This document shows positions 25,901 through 32,000 of a stretch of 32,000 nucleotides of DNA, piece after piece; positions within the stretch are counted from its first letter, which is position 1; the number at the start of each line of letters is the position of its first letter. The notes under the pieces were generated by a model. The model saw only the letters and a program-made list of their open reading frames with translations, ran no database searches and had not been told where the DNA came from. The stretch is from contig NC_014833.1 in NCBI RefSeq assembly GCF_000179635.2, forward strand, positions 690,001 through 722,000, read 5' to 3'. The stretch is from Ruminococcus albus 7 = DSM 20455 (lineage in GTDB: Bacteria; Bacillota; Clostridia; Oscillospirales; Ruminococcaceae). The translations under genes were made by a program, and so were the position numbers.

Positions 25901-28900
25901 TACAGCTGCTGCGGTTGTTTCCGGCGCAGGTAAGTATACCGGTACCGTCAACAAGACTTTCACCATAAGTGCCAAGAACGCAAATTCCCTGACAATGACA
26001 GTTTCGCCAACGGGTTATACCTATGACGGCAAGCCCAAAACTCCGTCGGTGACTGTTAAGGACGGCAGCGTTACACTTGCGAATGGTGTGGACTACACTG
26101 TTTCATATTCAAATAATACCAATGTCGGCACAGCTACTGCAAAGATAACCTGCATGGGCAACTACACAGGAACAAAGTCCGCTAACTTTACCATAAGCAA
26201 GGCTGCTCCTGTGGCAATAAGCAGCGGTACTGTTTCGCTCGGAACTACTTATTATATTTATGACGGCACAGCTAAGCAGCCTGCGGTCACTGTTAAGTAT
26301 GGTACTGAAACTCTTGTGAACGGTACTGATTATACAGTTTCATATACCAATAATACCAAGGCAGGAACAGCTTCTGTGACCATTACAGGCAAGGGCAGCT
26401 ACACAGGTACTGTAACCAAGAGCTTCACCATAGAGCCTAAGAATGTCAGCGGTCTTGACATATCTGTTGCACCCACAAGCTACACCTATGACGGCAAGGC
26501 AAAGACCCCTGTGGTTACTGTGAAGAATGGCAGTACGACACTCGTAAAGGATACCGATTATACAGTTTCATATCTCAATAATACTGCGGTGGGTACTGCA
26601 ACGGTGACTGTAACGGGCAAGGGCAATTACTCGGGTTCCAGATCTTTGAACTTTACCATAAGCGAACCTGCGGCAATATCCCTGACCGGCTGCACTGCAT
26701 CACTTGGAACTTCATCATATACCTATGACGGTGCTGCAAAGCAGCCTTCTGTTACTGTTAAGTATGGTTCTTCAACACTTGTTAAGGGTACTGATTATAT
26801 AGTTTCATATACCAATAATATCAATGCGGGCACAGCAACTGTTACCATTTCGGGCGCAGGAAGATATACGGGTACTTTGACCAGGACATTCACTATAAAT
26901 CCCAAGTCTGTAAGCGGACTCACTGCAGTGGTATCACCATCAGGCTATACCTATGACGGTACTGCCAGAAAGCCCGATATTACCGTGTCTGACGGCTCAA
27001 GGACACTGACGGCAGGTAAGGATTACACCGTGGCTTATTCAAACAATGTGAATGTTGGTACTGCAACAGTCACCATAAAGGGCGCGGGCAACTATACGGG
27101 TACTCTGAACAAATCATTCAGGATAAGCGCAAAGCCTGTCAGCGACCTTGAGGTGACACTGTCAGCTACTTCTTATACCTATGACGGCAGTGCAAAGCAG
27201 CCTTCGGTAACTGTTGCTTACGGCACAAGGAAGCTTGTGAACGGTACTGATTATACTGTATCCTATTCAAACAATACAAAGATCGGCACAGCTACAGTGA
27301 CCATTACAGGCAAGGGCAATTTTACAGGCACCAAGGCAGCTTACTTCACTATAAACAAGGCTGAGGCTGTAAATATTACCAATTGTAAGGCTGTACTTGA
27401 TTCAGATTCATTCGTATACGACGGCATGGCTAAAAAGCCTTCCGTGACTGTCAAAAACGGTGACAAGACACTTCGCAGCGGCATCGACTATACCTATGCC
27501 TATGACAATAATATCAACGCAGGAAAGGGTAGCGTCATCGTTACCGGCATGGGTGATTATGCAGGTACGGGCATACTGAGATTCACCATATCTCCTGCAA
27601 GCGTTGACAACTTTATAGTAAATGTGCTGAAGAATAATTACATCTATGACGGTACTGAGAAGAAGCCGGGAGTTGTAGTTACCGAGGGTATGAATACCAT
27701 GACGGAGGGCGTGGATTACATACTCACATACGGAAACAATATCGCTGCAGGCATAGGTCACGTTTACGTAAACGGCATAGGTAATTACCGCGGTATAAAG
27801 CAGGCTGACTTTGCTATAACCGCCAAGGATGCAAGTTCAAATGATATATCCGAATGCAGCATTCAGCTTACTGAGAATAAGGCAGTGTACACAGGCAAAG
27901 CTGTGACACCTGATGTGATAGTAAGAGATGGTGTTACAGTGCTGACAAAGGATGTTGATTATACTGTTGGATACATAGCGAATGTCAATGCGGGCACAGC
28001 TAAGGTAGTTATAACAGGTATGGGTTCGTATACGGGTATATATGAGGACAGCTTCGAGATAATCCCCAAGTCATCCAAGGGACTTGACATAACCCTGACA
28101 CCATCGGGCTATGAGTATGACGGTAAAGTAAAGAAGCCTTCGGTTACAGTTAAGGACGGCAGCAGAGTACTGACGGAAAAGAACGACTATACTGTTACGA
28201 TATCAGATAATATGATAGCAGGTAATGCAGTTGTCAAGGTAAGCTTTACAGGCAATTACAGCGGCACTGAGACCGGCAGCTTCAAGATAGCGGCAAGCGA
28301 TATCTCAAAGGCATCGGTGGTACTGGAGAAGTACTGCTATGATGCGAACGGAAGCGAGAGAAATCCTTCGGTAACAGTGGAAAAGGACGGCAGGACACTG
28401 GTTCAGAACAGGGACTACCGTGTGGAATATTCTTCAAACGTAAATGCAGGTACTGCTTATGTTACCATAACGGGACAGGGCAATTACTACGGTACCGTAA
28501 GACAGCGTTTCGCTATAGGTTCGGCATCCGCCAAATCCATATCAGGTTTCAGAGTGACCATGGATAAGAATACGTTCGTATACGACGGCACTGCAAAAAG
28601 ACCGACGATAACTATCACAAACGGTACTGTTACCCTTTATGAGGGACAGAACTTTGAAGTGATTTGCGAGAACAATATCGAAGCAGGCAAGGCTAGGATC
28701 ATCGCCATAGGCAAGAACGGCTACAAGGATCAGGTCTCGGCTGAATATACCATATCGCCAAAGAGCATAAGTTCAGCTCAGGCTGCACTGTCAGCAGATA
28801 CCTACGAGTATGACGGCTATGCAAAGACTCCTGCTGCTGTAGTTACCTTGAATGGTGTGAAGCTTGCCGAAGGCAGGGACTACACTGTTGCGTATGTTAA

Positions 28901-29429
28901 TAATACTGCTGCAGGTACAGCTTCTGTGAAGATAACAGGCAAGGGCAATTATTCGGGCTCGTTCGTGAAGAATTTTGCGATAAAGGGCAGGAATGCGGCT
29001 TGCCTCGGAGTTCAGCTTGAAAAGAATAAGTATGCGTTCAGCGGCAAGGAGATACGCCCGGCGGTAAGGGTCACCGACGGCAGCAAGGTGCTGACAGCAG
29101 GCACTGATTACGAAATGACCTATGAGAACAACAAGTCGGCAGGCGCCGCAAGAGTTGTAATAAAGGGCAAGGGAAACTATGTCGGCGTGACCGCTGCAAG
29201 CTTCTCAATAACAGGTAATAGTACTGCCGGTGTGATGAAGGGCGATGTCAATGGTGACGGTGTTGTAAATGTTACTGACCTTTCAAAGATCGCGGCACAC
29301 ATAAAGTCAAAGAAGTCCCTTACGGGTAATGTATTCGTCGCAGCAGACGTTAACGGTGACGGCTCTGTAAATGTCGGTGACCTTTCACGTGTTGCAGGCC
29401 ATGTCAAGGGCAAAAAGAATATAAAATGA
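22941..29429 (+). CDS. Giant secreted dockerin-bearing repeat protein (2162 aa): duplicated beta-solenoid-like head, 22 YxYDG Ig-like repeats and a type-I dockerin
   Basis: A single uninterrupted ORF with a GGAGG RBS and a signal peptide (MKKVLAGVLAVMMTFSGTA...SASA). It carries 22 repeats of consensus YTYDGtAKqPaVTVKdGsktLv.GtDYTVsYsNNtNaGTAtvTItGkGNYtGt..k.FtI. The C-terminus has DVNGDGVVNVTD and DVNGDGSVNVGD dockerin loops. Confidence 0.9.
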   Translation: MKKVLAGVLAVMMTFSGTALPENQFWKGAGVISASAENWTSVRSLTSDMTVSGSVETNSDIILNGHTLTINGDLYMTAGMLEMGTGKLVVNGNLYIGKYNASSYAHIRMQDSSASITVKGDLNWNVAKSEYIGEYITAGTINLAGDVRDYVTSYVNPNAFRMSGTGILNLNGTGIQTIQGGYCSIIAKLNITNNRTVDLEGFFDSATPLTSDLNIVTQNGIKITRMVMGGKNVTITGKVIQFEKDIELGGGTLTINGDFIAEGGETKLEGGKLNVSGDYSIGKFTSLGELGSSDAGLDMSNSSDVVNVGGNFAIKNWAGSSHCSTQMTAGKMYVGGNFSCSSSHVTFGSGNTVYMNGNGPQTVNLTLGKKIYNLVLVQDLDKYNSDIANYAVKLVTNQPDISNGTVTLSSSSYTYDGTAKQPAVTVKLDGKTLIEGTDYTVTFSDNTNKGTASATVKGKGSYTGTVTKTFTINAANIGSAALSPSSYTYDGSAKTPGLTYNSRTLVKNTDYTVTYSNNTNAGTATASVTGKGNFTGTATKTFAISAKSASTLTMTVSPTNYTYDGSAKKPTVTVKDGSKTLVSGTDYTVSYSNNTNVGTATATITCKGNYTGTKSANFTIGSAAATQISTCTITLGTTSYTYDGTAKQPAVTVKNGSTTLTKGTDYAVSYSNNTNAGTATVTITGAGKYTGTTSKTFTISAKSANSLTMTVSPTNYTYDGSAKKPTVTVKDGSKTLVSGTDYTVSYSNNTNVGTATATITCKGNYTGTKSANFTIGSAAATQISTCTITLGTTSYTYDGTAKQPAVTVKNGSTTLTKGTDYAVSYSNNTNAGTATVTITGAGKYTGTASKTFTISAKSASTLTMTVSQTNYTYDGSAKKPTVTVKDGSKTLVSGTDYTVSYSNNTNVGTATATITCKGNYTGTKFANFTIGSAAATQISTCTITLGTTSYTYDGTAKQPAVTVKNGSATLTKGTDYIVSYINNTNAGTAAAVVSGAGKYTGTVNKTFTISAKNANSLTMTVSPTGYTYDGKPKTPSVTVKDGSVTLANGVDYTVSYSNNTNVGTATAKITCMGNYTGTKSANFTISKAAPVAISSGTVSLGTTYYIYDGTAKQPAVTVKYGTETLVNGTDYTVSYTNNTKAGTASVTITGKGSYTGTVTKSFTIEPKNVSGLDISVAPTSYTYDGKAKTPVVTVKNGSTTLVKDTDYTVSYLNNTAVGTATVTVTGKGNYSGSRSLNFTISEPAAISLTGCTASLGTSSYTYDGAAKQPSVTVKYGSSTLVKGTDYIVSYTNNINAGTATVTISGAGRYTGTLTRTFTINPKSVSGLTAVVSPSGYTYDGTARKPDITVSDGSRTLTAGKDYTVAYSNNVNVGTATVTIKGAGNYTGTLNKSFRISAKPVSDLEVTLSATSYTYDGSAKQPSVTVAYGTRKLVNGTDYTVSYSNNTKIGTATVTITGKGNFTGTKAAYFTINKAEAVNITNCKAVLDSDSFVYDGMAKKPSVTVKNGDKTLRSGIDYTYAYDNNINAGKGSVIVTGMGDYAGTGILRFTISPASVDNFIVNVLKNNYIYDGTEKKPGVVVTEGMNTMTEGVDYILTYGNNIAAGIGHVYVNGIGNYRGIKQADFAITAKDASSNDISECSIQLTENKAVYTGKAVTPDVIVRDGVTVLTKDVDYTVGYIANVNAGTAKVVITGMGSYTGIYEDSFEIIPKSSKGLDITLTPSGYEYDGKVKKPSVTVKDGSRVLTEKNDYTVTISDNMIAGNAVVKVSFTGNYSGTETGSFKIAASDISKASVVLEKYCYDANGSERNPSVTVEKDGRTLVQNRDYRVEYSSNVNAGTAYVTITGQGNYYGTVRQRFAIGSASAKSISGFRVTMDKNTFVYDGTAKRPTITITNGTVTLYEGQNFEVICENNIEAGKARIIAIGKNGYKDQVSAEYTISPKSISSAQAALSADTYEYDGYAKTPAAVVTLNGVKLAEGRDYTVAYVNNTAAGTASVKITGKGNYSGSFVKNFAIKGRNAACLGVQLEKNKYAFSGKEIRPAVRVTDGSKVLTAGTDYEMTYENNKSAGAARVVIKGKGNYVGVTAASFSITGNSTAGVMKGDVNGDGVVNVTDLSKIAAHIKSKKSLTGNVFVAADVNGDGSVNVGDLSRVAGHVKGKKNIK
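24135..29215 (+). repeat. In-frame tandem array of 22 ~77-aa (~231-nt) YxYDG repeats, organised as alternating A/B di-domain units
   Basis: I counted the YxYDG/YxYxG motifs by hand in the translation. Odd and even repeats alternate: ...KKP/KTP..VTVKDG with linker ISAKSA..LTMTVSP, versus ...AKQP.VTVK.G with linker ..ISTCTITLGTT. Confidence 0.85.
24570..25964 (+). repeat. Three near-identical 465-bp direct repeats (each one A+B di-domain unit)
   Basis: The motif ATAAGTGCCAAGA recurs at 24570, 25035, 25500 and 25965, a period of exactly 465 nt. My hand alignment of copies 1 and 2 shows about 15 mismatches in 465 nt. Confidence 0.9.
29241..29426 (+). other. Type-I dockerin module of the giant protein
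   Basis: GDVNGDGVVNVTDLSKIAAHIKSKK ... ADVNGDGSVNVGDLSRVAGHVKGKK, i.e. a duplicated F-hand Ca-binding segment. Confidence 0.85.
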
Positions 29430-29435
29430 TATCAT

Positions 29436-29565
29436 AAAAAACAGCTCCGCTCATGGCTGGTACGTATATAGACGTTTGTGATCATTATTGAGGGAAACCC
29501 TTTTGAAAAAGGGTTATCCCTCAAACTCCCTTCCCAAAACTTTTAACTCTATTTGGCAGGGGCAG
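29436..29565. repeat. Left copy of a ~130-nt structured intergenic element (inverted pair)
   Basis: It runs from AAAAAACAGCTCCGC to TCTATTTGGCAGGGGCAG and has an internal 15-17-bp hairpin at 29488-29524 with a single-nt bulge. Confidence 0.7.
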
Positions 29566-29600
29566 ATATTCTCTCAAAGAACAGAGAATGTCTGCCTTTT
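29561..29600 (+). terminator. Probable Rho-independent terminator of the giant gene (apex of the palindrome)
   Basis: GGCAGATATTCTCT (29561-29574) pairs with AGAGAATGTCTGCC (29583-29596), with one G-T pair, followed by TTTT. Confidence 0.65.
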
Positions 29601-29620
29601 GCTGTGCTATAAAAGTATAG

Positions 29621-29751
29621 CTGCCCCTGCCAAATAGAAATAGAAGTCTTTGGAAGGAGGTCTGGAGGATAACCTTTCTTCAGAAAGGTTTCCTCCAGTA
29701 GTGTTCATAAATACTCTATATAAGTACTGCCCTTAAGCGCAGCTGTTTTTT
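29621..29751. repeat. Right copy (inverted) of the ~130-nt structured intergenic element
   Basis: Its reverse complement aligns end to end with 29436-29565, at roughly three-quarters identity by hand alignment. The termini are the best conserved part, and the internal hairpin at 29662-29698 has its bulge at the equivalent position. Confidence 0.7.
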
Positions 29752-29755
29752 GTTA

Positions 29756-31210
29756 TCAGATGAAATTCATGATAAATGGTTCGATGAGGCGGCAGCTTAC
29801 GGCGAGGTTTATGTTCTGACCTTCCTTGGCACCGCCAGTACACATACCTATTATCTCGCCGCAGGTATTGAGCAGTGCACCGCCTGAACTTCCGTGGGAT
29901 ATCGGTGCTGTGAACTGTATCATATCGGTATCGCCTACAACTCGGAAACCTGAGATTATTCCGTCGGATACGGTATTGAAAAGTCCCAGGGGGCTGCCTA
30001 TGGCGATGACCTTCTGTCCGCGGACGAGTTCATGATGTGCCTCTCTGTAAAGAGGGATGGGCTTTGTGCTGCGGTTTATTTTCAGCAGTGCCATATCATG
30101 GACATTGTTGTACTTTACTATCTGGACAGGATAGGCTGTCCTGTCGTTCTCAAAGCGCACAAGGAAGTAGCTGCCATTGGATATGACGTGGTAGTTGGTG
30201 AGAATATACCCATTGTGGTTTATGGCAATACCCGAGGCACTGCCTGTCATATCACCGTATTTATCGCATATAGTTATCATGACTACGGACTCGGCAAGTC
30301 TTGCTATCTCCTCTGAGGAAAGCTCACGGCGGGCAGTATAGGTCTGCGGGGCAGTAGTGCTTCTCTTCCAGGGGTCGGACGGGTATTTTGTATCTACCTC
30401 CGGTATATCGCTGTGGGTATCGAATGCGATATTTTGAGCGGTAGCAGTGTTTGTCTGCCTTGGTACGTTTGTATTGCCCTTGCTGCGCTGACGGGGCGGT
30501 ATCTTTACTTTGATATTGCCCTCATCGCCGCGGATGGGCGCATTTGGACGGGGACCGTTCCTGCGCTCACGGGGAGGTATGGCAACACGGATATTATCCG
30601 TATGCTGAGGACGCTGAGCCGGACGGGTATATGACTGCTGTGAAGCTGCAGGCTGTCTTACCGGAGGGGGTGGTGCAGGTCTTGGCGGAACGTATGGGGG
30701 GATATCTGCTGAATATGGCATACCCAGTGTGATAAGCTCGGACTTATCTGTAAGCACAGGTGAAAGCTTGCCTTCTCCCTCAGGCATCAGCATAAGGACA
30801 CGCCAGCCTTTCATATAAGCAAGGTAGCAGAAGAGGTATTCCTTATAGCCTGTTTTTCCGCAGTACACAAGTACACCGCCTGTACGGCTGCCCATGAGCC
30901 TGCTCCAATGGAGAAGGCTTATTATAAGGTTGGTTTCGATGGATGTATTGATGCCTGTCACGCTTTCGCGGTAGAGTGCAAGCAGTCTTGCGCCCTCAAA
31001 GCTTTCGGCGAAATCAGCAGATCCCCTCCTGAGCCTTTCCACTTCATCCGTACTCTGTGGTGTATCCAGTTTATCAAGGCGCAGATAGCCCTCGCCGCCA
31101 AAACGGCGGTCAAGCTCCAGTATATCATTGATATAGGTGTCAGATACGCCTACGCAGCGTAAAAAACAGCCTCCGCCTGAATTCTCAAGTCTGTCAGTCA
31201 TGATCGACAT
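29756..31210 (-). CDS. Multidomain protein: YceG-like N-terminal domain, Pro/Arg-rich linker and trypsin-like (S1/HtrA-type) serine protease
   Basis: The C-terminal triad reads TNYHVI (His), HDMALLK (Asp) and ISHGSSGGALL (Ser). The linker is PPYVPPRPAPPPPVRQP plus a duplicated NI[RK]VxIPPR[EQ]R. In the N-terminal domain, GGVLVYCGKTGYKEYLFCYLAYMKGWRVLMLMPEG resembles my memory of the YceG-like 'biosynthetic module' family. There is no signal peptide or TM. Confidence 0.75.
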   Translation of the reverse strand: MSIMTDRLENSGGGCFLRCVGVSDTYINDILELDRRFGGEGYLRLDKLDTPQSTDEVERLRRGSADFAESFEGARLLALYRESVTGINTSIETNLIISLLHWSRLMGSRTGGVLVYCGKTGYKEYLFCYLAYMKGWRVLMLMPEGEGKLSPVLTDKSELITLGMPYSADIPPYVPPRPAPPPPVRQPAASQQSYTRPAQRPQHTDNIRVAIPPRERRNGPRPNAPIRGDEGNIKVKIPPRQRSKGNTNVPRQTNTATAQNIAFDTHSDIPEVDTKYPSDPWKRSTTAPQTYTARRELSSEEIARLAESVVMITICDKYGDMTGSASGIAINHNGYILTNYHVISNGSYFLVRFENDRTAYPVQIVKYNNVHDMALLKINRSTKPIPLYREAHHELVRGQKVIAIGSPLGLFNTVSDGIISGFRVVGDTDMIQFTAPISHGSSGGALLNTCGEIIGMCTGGAKEGQNINLAVSCRLIEPFIMNFI

Positions 31211-31227
31211 ATCATCACCTCAGATTT

Positions 31228-31256
31228 ATTTTATCATGCCCGCGGGACTTTGTCAA
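31228..31256 (-). promoter_or_regulatory. Sigma-A-type promoter of the protease gene
   Basis: On the - strand: TTGACA (31251-31256), a 17-nt spacer, then TAAAAT (31228-31233), followed by GAGGTGA and ATG at 31210. Confidence 0.55.
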
Positions 31257-31265
31257 TATGAACTG

Positions 31266-31294
31266 AAAAAAGCCCGCGGAAAACATCCGCGGGC
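31266..31294 (-). terminator. Rho-independent terminator of the small membrane-protein gene
   Basis: On the - strand: GCCCGCGG-ATGTTTT-CCGCGGGC, followed by TTTTTT. Confidence 0.8.
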
Positions 31295-31312
31295 AGTAAA
31301 GACACAGTTGTA

Positions 31313-31603
31313 TCAGCTGTTATATTTCATGTATTGCAACAGGATATGCCCCATGCCTATGAGCGCATAGATCGCAACAACAACACCTATGAATCTGAAC
31401 AGCCAGCCAATGTAGGGTATCGCACCGAGTAAAACAAAAAACAGAGCGCAGAAAATCAAAGCGGCAAGATAGATGCCGATGAAGAATATGACACTCCTGA
31501 TATCACGGATGTCACACTTCTTGTTCTGCGGGAAGAGGTCACTGAATTCCATGTATGCTAATTTATCACGCCATTTTTGTATAAAAGCCTTGATCGGTTC
31601 CAT
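31313..31603 (-). CDS. Small two-TM membrane protein (96 aa), unknown function
   Basis: ATG at 31603 (MEPIKAF) sits 6 nt after AGGGGGA. The -10 box of its promoter (31643-31648) lies inside the track's longer ORF, which argues for the shorter start. The two hydrophobic helices are VIFFIGIYLAALIFCALFFVLLGAI and FIGVVVAIYALIGMGHILL. Confidence 0.6.
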   Translation of the reverse strand: MEPIKAFIQKWRDKLAYMEFSDLFPQNKKCDIRDIRSVIFFIGIYLAALIFCALFFVLLGAIPYIGWLFRFIGVVVAIYALIGMGHILLQYMKYNS

Positions 31604-31642
31604 AAAATATCCCCCTGTTTCATAAAATGATTTAATGATATA

Positions 31643-31671
31643 ATTATAACTCATTGTGACGGCTATTTCAA
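31643..31671 (-). promoter_or_regulatory. Sigma-A-type promoter of the small membrane-protein gene
   Basis: On the - strand: TTGAAA (31666-31671), a 17-nt spacer, then TATAAT (31643-31648). Confidence 0.55.
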
Positions 31672-31729
31672 TATTTTCTTAATAATTTCAGCGGTTTGCA
31701 TAAATAACTGTAATTTGTGTTGTCTGATT

Positions 31730-32000
31730 TTACTTCTTATCTTTTTCGGGTGGGTTTTCGCTTATATATCTGTCCAGTATCTCAGCAGCTGTTTTGACGA
31801 ATTTGATACACGGACGCACCTTGTAATACTTTTCGGTGCGTTGTTCCGGAATGGGATCTGATGTAACTTTCAGTCCTTGCAGAAGTTCGCGGCAGACGAT
31901 CGTTCCGTGTTTTTCCTTGAACTGCTCAGCTGCTGCCTGTATGCGCTTATAGTGGTCTGCTTTGTCATCAAAGGTGAAGTTCTCGCCGGTGCCGTAAAGA
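31730..32000 (-). CDS. C_GCAxxG_C_C family protein, C-terminal part (5' end outside window)
   Basis: My own reverse translation gives ...LYGTGENFTFDDKADHYKRIQAAAEQFKEKHGTIVCRELLQGLKVTSDPIPEQRTEKYYKVRPCIKFVKTAAEILDRYISENPPEKDKK*. F..KHGTIVCRELL and the later PC resemble that family. The frame is open to the window edge, and the ORF is absent from the supplied track. Confidence 0.55.
   Translation of the reverse strand, partial: LYGTGENFTFDDKADHYKRIQAAAEQFKEKHGTIVCRELLQGLKVTSDPIPEQRTEKYYKVRPCIKFVKTAAEILDRYISENPPEKDKK

Noticed and set aside
24135-29215. Regularly spaced repeats that could superficially suggest a CRISPR array or satellite.
   Set aside because: The repeats are 231/465 nt long, contiguous without unique spacers, and lie in one continuous open reading frame encoding protein domains. 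No cas genes are present.
29436-29751. The composite palindrome as a 6S-like RNA, or as hiding small peptide genes. A GGAAGGAGG SD-like motif lies at 29652-29660, and a 17-codon ORF lies on the - strand of the left arm.
   Set aside because: The element is far longer than the ~180-200-nt 6S RNAs. No start codon follows the SD-like motif at a usable distance. The short ORF in one arm is interrupted by a stop in the homologous position of the other arm, so conservation is structural and not coding.

Overview
This 32-kb chromosomal window comes from a Gram-positive, Clostridia-type anaerobe that looks Ruminococcus-like, because two secreted proteins end in type-I dockerin modules. GC is roughly in the mid-40s percent by eye. 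All domain and family names below come from reading motifs in the translations and from memory; no searches were run.

Most genes are on the + strand and are housekeeping:
- the 3' part of an SF1 helicase/REase-like/DUF3320 gene and signal peptidase I;
- a polar-amino-acid ABC importer whose binding protein is circularly permuted;
- glutathione peroxidase, translationally coupled to a radical-SAM gene, then queH;
- a small dockerin protein;
- convergent tRNA-Thr(GGU) and tRNA-Ser(CGA);
- a heterodimeric ABC exporter pair with one degenerate ATP site, followed by a stand-alone C39-like peptidase gene;
- a DUF445 gene on the - strand;
- a transcarboxylase-like 12S/1.3S/5S cluster, then gap;
- a low-GC islet carrying a lipoprotein and an XRE regulator, with two perfect palindromes between them;
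- dpaAB and an AAA(P-loop)-CYTH fusion.

The right third of the window is the unusual part:
- an ~800-bp non-coding stretch;
- a 2162-aa secreted protein made of a duplicated beta-solenoid-like head, 22 tandem ~77-aa YxYDG repeats (including three ~97%-identical 465-bp units) and a C-terminal dockerin;
- a ~316-bp composite palindrome built from two inverted ~130-nt element copies whose internal hairpins differ by compensatory changes;
- on the - strand, a leaderless YceG-like/Pro-rich/trypsin-like protease, a small membrane protein and a partial C_GCAxxG_C_C gene.

I saw no rRNA, CRISPR array, transposase, integrase or recognisable defence system. Many sigma-A-type promoters with exact 17-nt spacers and several intrinsic terminators can be read directly. 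I cannot show that any single new multi-gene system is present; the best candidates for follow-up are listed in the findings.
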